A DNA stretch of 46,343 nucleotides from Octopus bimaculoides. Its lineage: Eukaryota. The DNA lies in contig NC_068999.1 in NCBI RefSeq assembly GCF_001194135.2, positions 29,871,262-29,917,604 on the forward strand. The letters run 5' to 3'. Positions 34,605 to 46,045 of the stretch are shown here, piece by piece. A program made the position numbers and the translations under genes. The notes beneath the pieces were generated by a model that saw only the letters and a program-made list of their open reading frames with translations, had not been told where the DNA came from and did no database searches. Position 1 is the first letter of the stretch; each line of letters starts with the position of its first letter.

Positions 34605-36600
34605 AGGTGCCATGTCCAGAATGCAGGACATAGGCGATCACTATCCTGCTACAATTCTCTCTTCTTTCTTTTCTGTAACAGTTCCACTTTCTGGTGTTTA
34701 ATGCCTCTTTCTTCCGACCAGTTCGTCAAGCTTGACATCCATATCATTCTTCTCCTTCTGCGTTTTTTCCCTTCAACCTTTCCAGTCCCGGTCATTGCTA
34801 AATTCTCTAGGCCTTCTTTCCTCATCACATGACCAAGAAATCTATTGTTCGACCAATATCTCACGAAGCAGTTTCCTATTTACTGCAGCCTGGGTCATTA
34901 GATACTTTGTCCATGCTATTCTTAATATTCTCCTTAAGAACAACATTTCACTGCTCACTAAGTACCTTCTCATTTCTGAAGTTATATAGACCATATCTCA
35001 CTTCCATTCATTAACACATGGTAGAAATAGCAGTTCAATATACAGATCCTGGTCTTGAATCTCAGAGAGACGGTTCTCAAGATGTTATAACAGAAGGCCA
35101 TTGTTGACCAAAATACTGGTATGGTATCTTGTGTCTCCCATTATAAATTTAGATCCAGTCAAACAAAGTATCAAGTCGAAGACAAAGTGAGCTAACAAAT
35201 CTGAATAACAATTATTTACAGGCTCAAAGTTTAGCTCTCTTTAACTATCTCTAGCATAGTGTATCGTCCGCCGTGTTGTATGTGGGAGGCAGCGAGCTAC
35301 TGCTAGTGAGGTGAGCTGCTTATAGCGTGAGACGCACGTGGGGAACAGAGAGACTGAACAAGCTCAAGATCTGTCTTAGGTGTCCTTCCGGAAAGGCTTA
35401 CTCTCTTGTTGTGCATGCTCACCTGAAGTTTGTGAGATCTTGCTCCGGTCTCGAGCAGATAATGGTTGCCAGTGAGATCTCAATATGGCGTGTCTGTGCG
35501 ACACTACACTGTTATACAATTCTGAGAATGCAGATTTTGCCACTATTTATCTTTTTATCTCCTTCACACATCTTGCATCTTCTCTGATCAAAGTTCCAAG
35601 AAGGATGATACTTGCTTAATGATTTGACCGTTCACTTTCAGCATGCACTTTGGGCTTCCTTTCTTTGTTACCACCATACACTCTGTCTTCTTGCAATTTA
35701 TGAACAGACTCTTCCTCTCCCTTTCTCTGAGTACTACATCCAAAAGTCTCTGAAGTTCGTTTTCTGATTCTGCAAGTAAGACTGTGTCATCTTCATATCT
35801 TACATTTGTTTCTACCTCCTACTCTAAGATCTTTTTCCTTCTCCAGTTCTCTTATGATCAATTCGCTATAGTAATTGAAGAGGTCTGGTGACATAACACA
35901 TCCTTGTTTGACTCTTCTTTTGATGTGAGTGTATTCACTACATTTTCTGCCCACCTTGGTTAGTTCCAATACAGGCTCTCTGCAAGATATGGAGGTCTTT
36001 CCCATGCAGATCAAGGTTACTGATTTCTTTAAATAACATGCCATCTCTTACTTTGTTGAAGGCTTTTGTGTAATCTATGAAACATGAAAACACCTTTTGC
36101 ATTCAACTTTAGTTTACATTGGTGTGTACATACCACTGGTACATGGTCACCCTCACAGTCTGCTCCTGGATATATTTTTTGCATGTCTCACTGATCTTTT
36201 AAATCTGTCATTGATGGAAATATCATCAATCTGGTTTCTTGAGCTGTCACCAGAGCCCTTCTATGTGTGAATTATTCTAGGGTACTCCTTAAACCATTTG
36301 CTTGTAATAATCATATTCTTTGCCTCATACCACCATATCCATCTTTCACCTTACTCATTTTTCTTGCCAATTCCATACTGACCAATTGCTTTGACATCCT
36401 GCCCACAATCCACTTTTGCATTCTCCCATGATAATATTAATTTTAACTGATTTGCACTGAAATTTGGCTTCTGCCAAGGTCTTATAAAAGGTATCAATCT
36501 CCTCTTCTGTGCTATCTGCTCTGGGTGGATAAACAACTATGATGGATATGTTAAATGGATGTCTTTGCACTTTGAGCTGAAGGACTCTTTCATTAAAGCG
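34605..36600 (-). mobile_element. BovB-like RTE LINE pseudogene (APE + RT + 3' end, internally deleted)
   Basis: PFNISIIVVYPP..EEEIDTFY..INIIMG, RVKQGCVMSPDLFNYYSE, EDDTVLLAESE, FLGHVMRKEGLENL. Confidence 0.88.
35083..35518 (-). mobile_element. Solo LTR-like insertion (436 bp) inside the BovB-like RT
   Basis: Termini TGTTATAACAG...CTGTTATACA. LINE coding sequence resumes across it (AKSAFSE | LRTVSLRFKTRICILNCY). Minus-strand TATAAG. No TSD found. Confidence 0.65.
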
Positions 36601-37107
36601 ATGTCACATGTGTAACAAAAAGGAGGGGAATTGTCAGTGAAGTTGACTCAATAAAAAACAAAGGATCTTTTTAAATTCTTTCAATCCACAAAGACAGTTT
36701 CAAATTTTCACCAGATTTTTTTCAACTTTTCTACACTGATGATGAAAATCATCATTTTTTTTTTTTTTTCAGAAATTATTAATAAAAAAAAGTTGCAAGC
36801 CTTTAATTTAAGATAGGAGGATGAGCTTCTGCTTTAGAAGTATTAGAAGAGGAAATATCCATAATACCATGTGAAGTTGTGATAGCTAAAAGCCTATCAG
36901 AGAGCAGAGTACTACTACTCAGTTGGCCAACTTGACATGATATTATTATGATTAATGGATATTTTCAATTCCAACAACTCTATCACACATACTTATCCTT
37001 CTACCTTTATCTCTTTCATTTCCTCTGAACTGGTGATTTTTCATGAGATGACCATGAACAAAATTCAGGCTCTGACAGATAGACTTGCACTATTGCAATT
37101 GCCTCAA

Positions 37108-37366
37108 TGTTGTATTTCCCTCGGGAGACTCGCAGAGAAAGACGAGTTGTACAATTTAATTATTACATTTATTATTCAATTACATACAAAGAACGCACTC
37201 ACCCAATGTTCGTTGTAGATAAACAAGAATCATGTCCGCCATATATATCAATGACATTTTACTACCCCAGTCATTCAGAACAACAACAATGAAACAATGA
37301 ACTCAGACGAACCACAGTGACACACGGAACGTCAGACGAATAACATATCCAACAGTCCATATAACA
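37108..37366 (-). mobile_element. Small solo LTR (259 bp) with 5-bp TSD
   Basis: TGTTGTA...TATAACA termini, TSD CTCAA (37103-37107, 37367-37371), minus-strand AATAAA about 60 nt from the end. Confidence 0.75.
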
Positions 37367-37754
37367 CTCAATATGCTGTGCACTTGAAGTCTCATGTCTA
37401 AAGGACTTTAAGTAATCATTCATTCAGTCCTCATGGGAGATCTATAACATTTTGTTGATAACACAACTGTTTTGGTGCTAATGTACACAAATGCACTTGG
37501 CCATGTTCTTTCAAATTGGCTGCTTAAACACAGGAAAAGAGCATCTTATTTGTCAGTAAAGTATTTTTGCCATTTCTTGGGATGAAGAACCTTCACCATT
37601 TACATTGAGCATAAACCATTAACCTATGCATTATAATCCAAAATAGATATTTCCCAAAATACATTAGACACCTTGATTATATTTCACAGTTTTTCTGTGG
37701 ATATTTGTCATATCAAGGGTGCTGAAAATACTGTAGCAGACACGCTATGAAATT

Positions 37755-37823
37755 ATAATTGTTTATTATCAATAGCAAATTGGTCATCTGATGACCAATT
37801 TGCTGTTAGTAATAAACAATTAT
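37755..37823. repeat. Near-perfect 69-bp palindrome
   Basis: 34-bp arms with a 1-nt loop, two mismatches and one G-T pair. Confidence 0.9.
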
Positions 37824-38004
37824 TAACTTCCCAATCTCCATTTTCTTCTTTTAAATGAATATAAACTAAATGTTTTTATATATACCTATTATTTTAAGGA
37901 AATTCATTCTCCAAAAATACTAGGTATTGAACCAGTATTTCCTTGGATGAAACCATCACTTCATGAGGTTAACACAACCTCGAATTAAATTTAAATATAT
38001 ATAT

Positions 38005-38395
38005 TTACTCTTTTACTTGTTTCAGTCATTTGACTGTGGCCATGCAGGAGCACCACCTTTAGTCGAGCAAATCGACTCCAGGACTTATTCTTTATAAGCC
38101 TAATACTTATTCTATTGGTCTCTTTTGCCAAACCACTAAGTTATGGGGATGTAAACACACCAGCATCGGTTGTCAAGTGATATTGGTGGGAACAAACACA
38201 GACACACATATATATACATATACATATATACGAAGGTCTTCTTTCAGTTTCCGTCTACCAAATCCACTCACAAGGCGTTGGTCAGCCCGTGGCTATAGTA
38301 GAAGACACTTGCCCAAGGTGCTATACTGTGGGACCGAACCAGTAACCATGTGGTTGGTAAGCAAGCTACTTACCACACAGCCACTCCTGTGCCTG
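38005..38395 (-). mobile_element. Full-length tRNA-derived SINE
   Basis: Head AGGCACAGGAGTGGCTGTGTGGTAAG..GGTTCGGTCCC and tail GACTGAAACAAGTAAAAGAG. Flanked by TAAATATATATAT at 37992-38004 and 38400-38412. Confidence 0.92.
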
Positions 38396-38520
38396 TAAAT
38401 AAATATATATATATATATAGGTTGAAAATATGTAAAGAAAAATGAAGAAAAATGCCTTCGTTTCACATAGTTTAATATTTTTTTATATAAATATATACAT
38501 ACTATATGGGTGTTATAAAA

Positions 38521-38563
38521 TCCAATCGGTTTTCACTATTTAATTTAGCTTTTCAAGGGGCAT
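38521..38563 (-). ncRNA. Hammerhead-like motif (U3-A8 variant) in the 3' pseudo-LTR
   Basis: UUGAAAA-GCUA-AAUUAAA-UAGU-GAAA-ACCGAUU; paralogous to 42133-42167 and 44215-44262. Confidence 0.45.
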
Positions 38564-41500
38564 TGTATAGTAATTAATTCGCATGATGAGGGGGTTTCAC
38601 CATCTTGGTTGTTTGAAAAATAAGGAAGGATTTAGAGAGTGAACCAAGGGAGGTATTGGGTGTCAAGGGGGATAACTGATTCCTTAGTATAGTTTCTGAG
38701 GTTGTCAGGTTTGAATATTGTGGTGTGGTTTATATTTTTGAATGAATAAGTTTTCTTTATTTAGTCGTTCTTGCACTGATACAGGGGGAAGATAAGGTAC
38801 TTCGGCGTTTTATCACTTGCGCATCTGTCAAGATGTGTGCTCAGTGCAATTTGCCTGTACTGGTGGAAGCGAATCTGTTCTTTATGCACCGTGACTCTGC
38901 GTCTCAAAGAAAGGCTCGTTTGGCCTACATAGTTATGGCTACAACCTGAGCAGGTAAGGACATAGATAAGGTTGTGGGAGGCACATGTGAAGTTAGTTTT
39001 GATTGAGAATTTTTGTCCTTGCTGGAATGTGAATTCCGAGCCTTCACTTAGGTGTGGGCATGTACCACAATTAGGTCGTCTGCATTTTTTAACTGTTGGT
39101 ATTGTATGTATTGAGTATAGTGTTGCATTTGTAAGGAGTCTCTTGAGTGATTTGTCTTGTCTTTTACATTTTAGTAATTTGTGTTTATTTAGGATGCTGT
39201 TCATTTTCAGGTCCTGAGTGAGTATAGGAAGATTTTGTATAATTGTGTTGTATGCTTCGTTGTTTCTAGGATTGTGGGTTGATATGTATGGGAGTGATTT
39301 GAGGTGAGGTGTGGTGTTTTGTTTTGTTGTTCTTAGTGTGTTTGTGTCCAATTTCTTGGCAAGTTCAATTCCATGGTCTATAAGTGTAGCTGGGTATTGA
39401 TGTTCAATGAGTGCTATTTTGAGTTCTTGCAATCGAAGTTCCCAAGTGGTTGTGTCAGATACAATCGTACAAATCCTTTTTGCTAGATTGAATGGAATAT
39501 TTATTTTGCTGTGTTTAGAATGGCATGAACTGAAAAGGAGATACTGCTTAGAGTCTGTTGGCTTGTAGTAAATGTCAGTTGCGATGATATTGTTGGACAT
39601 TTTTAAAATCAAGATGTCCAGAAAAGGGAGTTATTCCTTGCTATATTCCATGGTAAACTGGATGTTGGGATTGATACTGTTCAGTGTGGATTTGAAAAAC
39701 AGCAGATTATCATAGGCTTCATTCCAGATGATAAAACAATCGTCTAAATTTCTTTTCCAGTTTTCTCTTATATAGTGGTGGAATGGTGGTCCAAATTTTT
39801 GGAGTGAGAGTTCATACAAGGTAGATTCAAAGTAAGCCATTATTAGGTTCGCCAGAACAGGCGCAGCTTTAGTACCCATCGCAATACCGCATTTTTGGCG
39901 GAAGTATGTTGTATTGAATATGAAGTAATTGTTTTGAAGGATGAACTTCAGGGGTTCAATGATAAATGTCTGGTTTATGCGGTCCGGTAGAACTTCGGGG
40001 TGTTTTTCCAACCAGAATTTTATTGCCTCTATTCCATAGCCGTGTGGAATGTTAGTGTAGAGGTTGATGACATCAAAGGAGACTAATAGAGCTTCTTCGC
40101 TGGTGGTTTTTGGTAGGTGCTCTAGCATGTCCAGATTGTCTCTAATGAAACTTTTGATGTATTTGAGATAGGGCTTCAGTAATATGTCGAGAAAGTTGCT
40201 AAGGCGGTGTTTCACAGGCTGGACCAGCAATAATAGGCCTTAATTTTAAGTCTTCTGGTGTTGGAATATTTATGCACAGGCCTGGATTCAATTTGCAGGA
40301 CATTAGTGATTGATTGACTCTTGTGAATTTTGTGGAGGCCATAGAAAAGGCTGGGTTTGCATTTGAAGTTGGTAATATAGTCTTTTTCTTTTTCTGTTAG
40401 GCTTTTTCCGTGTTTGAGTATTAGAGTTTCCAGATTTTTTAAAGTTTTTTGCTGCCTGTAATTTGCAACTTTTTCATAGAAGGAGTTATTTTCTAGTATG
40501 GACAGTGCTAGCTTTTTGTTGTACTCTGTGTCCATCAATACTACAGCACTCCCTTTGTCTGCTTCTTTGATTGTCAGGTCTTTGTCATTTTTTAGTTGTA
40601 GTAGTTGCTTCCATTGTGTGTTGATGAAGTTGGGTATGATTTTTGATTTGTAGAAAGTGTGAGGAAAATTTTGGATACGGTTGCAGAAGTCATCTAGTGT
40701 TTTATTCCTTCCTTTGGGTGGTAGATAATTACTTTTGTTTCTCACTAGTGATTCGTCTTCGTTGTTGTAGTTGTTAAGTGCTTCTATCAAACGAAGCTTT
40801 CTGCAGAATTCTGCAATATTATCTTTAATTTCATTGATGTTGGGTCTTCGTGGGGTAGGTGTAAATTTTAATCCTTTAGTTAAAATATGGATTTTTGTAG
40901 TGGAGAGAGTTTTCTTAGATAGATTGATTATTGTGGGTTTCTCCCGTATGATATGTTCCAACGTGTGTCCCTGTGTCTCTCTCCTCTGTCTAAAAAATGT
41001 TGTTTGTTGTAATTAGGTTGGAGGGGGTTCTCAGTGTTAGGGTTGTTATTGTGAGGGTATTGTTGTGCAGGTGGATTGGGTGGGATTGTATGGTGTGTGT
41101 GTGTTTATGAATGAATGAGTTGTAGGGGTATTTGGCCCTGTTTGGGATGCTGTGAAATTGTTCTATTTGTCTAGTTGAGAGAATTGTAGTTCTGAAAGGT
41201 GAATTCCTGTGTTGAGGAGTCGGGAGGATGCCCTGTCTGTTTGTAGCTTTTGGAGGGAAAGAATTGAAATAATAGTCATTATTATTGTTATTAATATTAT
41301 TATTATTATACCTAATCCTGGGGTGTTTTTTTACTGGTGTTTCTTATTATTGGATGGTTCTTATTGGTATTTCTTAATAATGGGGGGTTCCTATTGTGAG
41401 GTTGGTGGTGGCTGACATCCCAGTGGTGGGGTGGTTTTGTGTGTCTGTGTTGAAAGTTTGATCTGGGTGTACGATTATTGGTTTCAGTGGATGTATTTGT

Positions 41501-42126
41501 TTTGGATTTTTTTAGGAAAGGGTTGTCTGAGGTATAGTCTTTTTTGAATTGACATTCGTAGTTAAGGAAAAAATTGATATTGTTTTCCCATCATTGTAGG
41601 GTAATAATTTCTTCCGATTCACAGTCGTCTTTCCATAGTTTAATAACATTTTGTAGAAGTTGTTCATTGGCATGTATCGTAAATTAATGTGTTCATCTCA
41701 TCATCGATCGTTTTATATTTTTGTTCATGATTCTGAGCTCTGAGTTTAAGTAATTCAATTTCTGTTCTCATTTTTTCTAATGTTAGTTTCTCTCTGAGTA
41801 TTCGTTGTTCTGGTTTGTCAGGGATGGGTTTGAGTTGGAATTTGCGAGGTAAGATTAATGGTGTGGAGTTGATCCATTTTTCGTATATTTGTGCTTTATT
41901 GTTATTTTTTTATCATGTTCCAGAATGAGAGCTTTCTGGTGTTGAGATTTTTGGTCCAAGTGTGACTAATGCGATTTTTAACTATGCATGCTGAGAGTGG
42001 TGTGTTTTCATTTGGGGTAGGTGATTTTTGTGGTGTATCCCTTGGTTCATTCTCTAAATCCTTCCTTATTTTTCAAACAACCAGGATGGTGAAACCCCCT
42101 CATCATGCGAATTAATCACTATACAA

Positions 42127-42170
42127 TACCCCTTGAAAAGCTAAATTAAATAGCGAAAACTGGTTGGATT
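42127..42170 (+). ncRNA. Hammerhead-like motif (U3-A8 variant) in the inverted pseudo-LTR
   Basis: UUGAAAA (42133-42139), perfect GCUA/UAGC stem II, GAAA (42155-42158), ACUGGUU. Confidence 0.5.
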
Positions 42171-42318
42171 TTACAACACCCATATAATATGTATATATTT
42201 ATATTACAAAATATTAAACTATGCGAAACGGAAGGCATTTTTCTTCATTTTTCTTGACATATTTTCAACTCATAATTTTACCACATGTTGTTTACTGAAT
42301 CTCCAGTATTTTTGCTCC

Positions 42319-42322
<4 letters not shown>

Positions 42323-42396
<74 letters not shown>
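42323..42396. repeat. Compound (CT)n(AT)n microsatellite
   Basis: Direct observation. Confidence 0.95.
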
Positions 42397-42398
<2 letters not shown>

Positions 42399-42779
42399 AT
42401 TTAGATAAGAGCTATAACGCGATCCATGGTAAAAACTTTTTTAATGACCTATGTACATTTCGATGCAATATCCCGACACACTCCTGTATGTTATAAAATA
42501 TGAATTCTATTTCATACTTTTTTCTAAGGGTGACCTAGTTAACAAAATTACATATAGAGCTTTCAGATGTCAACATATGAGTAAACATACGTTTTTATTT
42601 TTTTAATCTATTTTGGAGAGGTTAGTTAACTACATACTAGGATATTTTAACTTGATTTAGCTTTAACTACATACCGGGATATTATATTAAATTTGTTTAG
42701 CTTTAATTTCATATAATCTTTTCATATATGTACAATGGTAAGTTTGGTTCCTACTTTATTGATGTTTCTCTTATAATTC

Positions 42780-43600
42780 TATGCAATTTTTGTATAGATG
42801 ACATTGAAATTTTGTTTGACTGCTTGCTTTATCGTTTTAATCACTTCATTTATTTAATCTTATTACTAAGTTAATGTATATTTAAGATTTCGATGGTTGC
42901 TAATTCAGTGTAACCTAATTTATTTTTACTTTGTAATTTATAATTTATAATCTCTTATTTATCTTGATTACATATCTTTTATTTGTCTCAAAAATATTTT
43001 AATTTAAAAATTAATATAACGATTTGATAGGATTAATAACATTGACTGATTTATTTAGATTCTATAAATATATATTATTTTGCCAGATTTACCTCTCTTT
43101 GACCATTGAAAAAAAGATATTTTATGTTAACTTTGACTTTATTTTTGTTATAGTATTTTACAGATAAAAATTTTTAAGTGAGTTGGCTTTTTTCTCAAGT
43201 ATCTAATGAATTATTTGATATAATGGTGTCGTTTTCAGCTACCCACTTTACATCATAATAGTTACTTAATTTTTCATTTATATTTATATGTGAAATAGTA
43301 ACGATTATATTGTAATATTTGTTTACTTTTTACTTTATCGATTAAATCCGTTCTTTTTTTTTTATATTATTTTTAATATTGTATTTGAACCTCATTACTA
43401 AGTTAATTTATTATAATTTTTCTTAAACTTTGATAGCTGCAATCTGAATGTAACCTAATTTATTTTACTTATTATTATTTATTATTTATAATTTATATTC
43501 TCTAATTCATCTTGTTTACATAACCTTAAAATAAGTCTCATTACTGTTCTAAACTTAAAATGAAATATAATTATTTGATATGATTATGTACATTTGCGTA
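42780..43600. repeat. Diverged ~300-bp direct repeat (period ~530 bp) in very AT-rich DNA
   Basis: Shared anchors TTACTAAGTTAAT, TGTAACCTAATTTATTTT and ATCTTG.TTACATA at 42862-43040 and 43395-43590. Confidence 0.7.
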
Positions 43601-43859
43601 TATTATATTTTACATAAATATTACTTTCTAGATTTCAAACATTGGGACAAGATGCGACTTTGTTAAAACAGTCCTTCCCACAAAGCAAATTAAATAAAAT
43701 TTGGAATTTGCAGAGGGTTAAAGTGGTAACAAAAACAGGACAGTAAGAACAAGACAGTAAAAACAAATGGTAAGGGCTGTTAAGCCATCATGAGGTGAAG
43801 TGGTGAACGCTGGAGAAATGAGCTTGACAGGCAAAAGTGTGTCTTGTCTNNNNNNNNNN

Positions 43860-43916
<57 letters not shown>
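43860..43916. repeat. (AG)n microsatellite next to an assembly gap
   Basis: Direct observation. Confidence 0.95.
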
Positions 43917-43923
<7 letters not shown>

Positions 43924-44189
43924 CAGTGAAGGGAGAAGGAGAAGAAAGACAGAAAGAAAGAAGAATGAAGGGGGAGAAAAGAAATATTTGTAGCATGCGC
44001 ATCAGAATTATTAAGATAAAACTCACTTGGAAATGGTGTGTGGCATTCGATCATATAATAATATTAATAATATATATATATGCATATATACAAACATATA
44101 TGTACATACCTACACATATATGTATATATACATGCATATATGGGTATAGGACATAGTTTAATATCTTTATATAAAGAAATATTTTTATA

Positions 44190-46030
44190 TATATACATAT
44201 TTTATGGATTTCATGATATCCAACCAGTTTTTGCTATTTAAATTAGCTTTTTTAGGGACATTGTGAAGTAATCATTTCTTGTGACAAAGGGGTCTCACCA
44301 TTTTCATTACTTGAAAAGTAAGAATGAGTCTAGAGCGTGGACAAAAGGACAAACTAACTCCTCGATATAATTGTTGAAATAGGAATATGTAAGGATCAGG
44401 TAGTCAAGTTTGTATATTAAGGTGTGGTCTGTACTTTTGTATGAACAGGTTTTCCTTGCTTAGGCATTCTTGTAAGAAGATTGAATCTATGCATTGGTAT
44501 AATGGAAAGACATGGAAATTCAGCATTTTATTTCTTGCGCATCTGTCGATATGTTCGCTCAGGGTTATCTGCCTGTATTGATGAAAACGAATCTGTTCTT
44601 TATGCATTGTGACTCTGTGTTTCAAAGTAGGGCTTGTTTGGCCCACATAAATGTGGCCACAACCTGAGCAGGTTAGGACATAGATAAGGTTCTGGGAAGC
44701 ATATGTGAAGTAAGTCTTAATTGAGAATTTTTCTCTTTGTTGGAATGTGAATTCCAAGCCTTCAGTTAGGTATGGGCATGTACCACAATTAGGTCGTCTG
44801 CATTTTCTAACTGTTGGTATCATATGTATTGATTATAGTTTTGCATTTGTTAGGAGTCTCTTCAGTGATTTGTGTTGTCTTTTGCATTTGAGGAGTTTAT
44901 GTGTATTTATGATGTTCATTTTCAGGTCTTGAGTGAGTAGAGGGAGATTTTGTATAATTGTATTGTATGCTTCATTGTTTCTGGGGTTGTGGGTTGATAT
45001 GTATGGGAGTGATTTAAAGTGAGGTGTGGTGTTTTGTTTTGTTGTCCTTAGTGTCTTTGTGTCCAATTTCTTGGCAAGTTTAATTCCATGGTCTATAAGT
45101 GTGGGTGGGTATTGACGTTTAATGAGTGCTATTTTGAGGTCTTGTAGGTGAAGTTCCTGAGTGGTTGTGTCAGATACAATTGTACAGATCCTTTTTGCTA
45201 GATTGAATGGGATATTTATTTTGGCGTGTTTAGGATGGCATGAACTGTAAAGGAGATACTGTATTGAGTCTGTTGGTTTGTTACTGTCAGTTGCAATTTG
45301 GTTGTTGGATTTTTTTATAATCAAAATGTCCAGAAATGGGAGCTGTTCCTTGCTATATTCCATTGTAAATTGAATATTGGAGCTTATATTGTTCAGTGTG
45401 GATTTGAAATCCAGAAGGTTATCATAGGTTTCATTCCAGATGATAAAACAATTTTCTAGGTACCTTTTCCAGTTTCCTCTTATATAGTGGTGGAATGATG
45501 GTCCAAATTTTTGGAGCGAAAGTTCATATAAGGTAGATTCAAAGAAACCCATTATTAGATTCACAAGGACAGGTGCTGCTTTTGTTCCCATCACAATACC
45601 AGATTTTTGGTGGTAGTATGTTGCATTGAATAGGAAGTAATTGTTCTGTAGGATGAACTTCAGGGATTCAATGACAGAAGTCTGGTTTATGCTATGTGGG
45701 AGAACTTCGGAGTATTTTTCTAACCAGGATTTTATTGTCTCTATTCCGTAGTCATGTGGAATGTTAGTGTAGAAGTTGATGACATTGAAGGAGACTAATA
45801 GAGCTTCTTCATTGGTGGTTTTTGGTAGATGCTCTAGCATGTCCAGATCGTCTCGAATGAAACTTTTAATGTATCTGAAAAAAGGCTTCAAGTGTAGGTC
45901 CAGAAAGTTGCTTAGGCTGGGCCTGCTATAATCGGCCTTCATTTTAAGTCTTCTGGTGTTGGGATATTTATGTGTAGACCTGGATTTGATTTGCAGGCAT
46001 TAGTAATTATTTGATTCTTGTGGATTTTAC
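44190..46030 (-). mobile_element. Second Penelope-like element copy, 5'-truncated (RT + GIY-YIG pseudogene)
   Basis: ORFs 44833-45942 and 44404-44823 are homologous to the first copy. Catalytic motif reads YLEN. 3' pseudo-LTR carries a decayed hammerhead-like stem GCUA/UAGC at 44215-44262. Confidence 0.92.
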
Positions 46031-46045
46031 ATATATATATATATA

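Larger units (their letters stand above)
38421..42269 (-). mobile_element. Penelope-like element (RT + GIY-YIG, Neptune-like Cys linker), frameshifted, with inverted pseudo-LTRs
   Basis: IINLS..LTKGLKFTPTP, IKEADKGSAVV, SFDVINLYTNIP, GIAMGTKAAP, WKRNLDDCF, DIYYKPTDSKQYL, CRRPNCGTC, NLIYVLTC..YVGQT. ~231-bp inverted repeat at 38421-38651 and 42038-42269. Confidence 0.93.

Noticed and set aside
37785-37796. CTGATGA hammerhead-like heptamer
   Set aside because: It is the centre of a palindrome, with no stem II/GAAA or cleavage site following.
43714-43721. piggyBac-like end AGGGTTAA
   Set aside because: No matching TTAACCCT partner or transposase was found.
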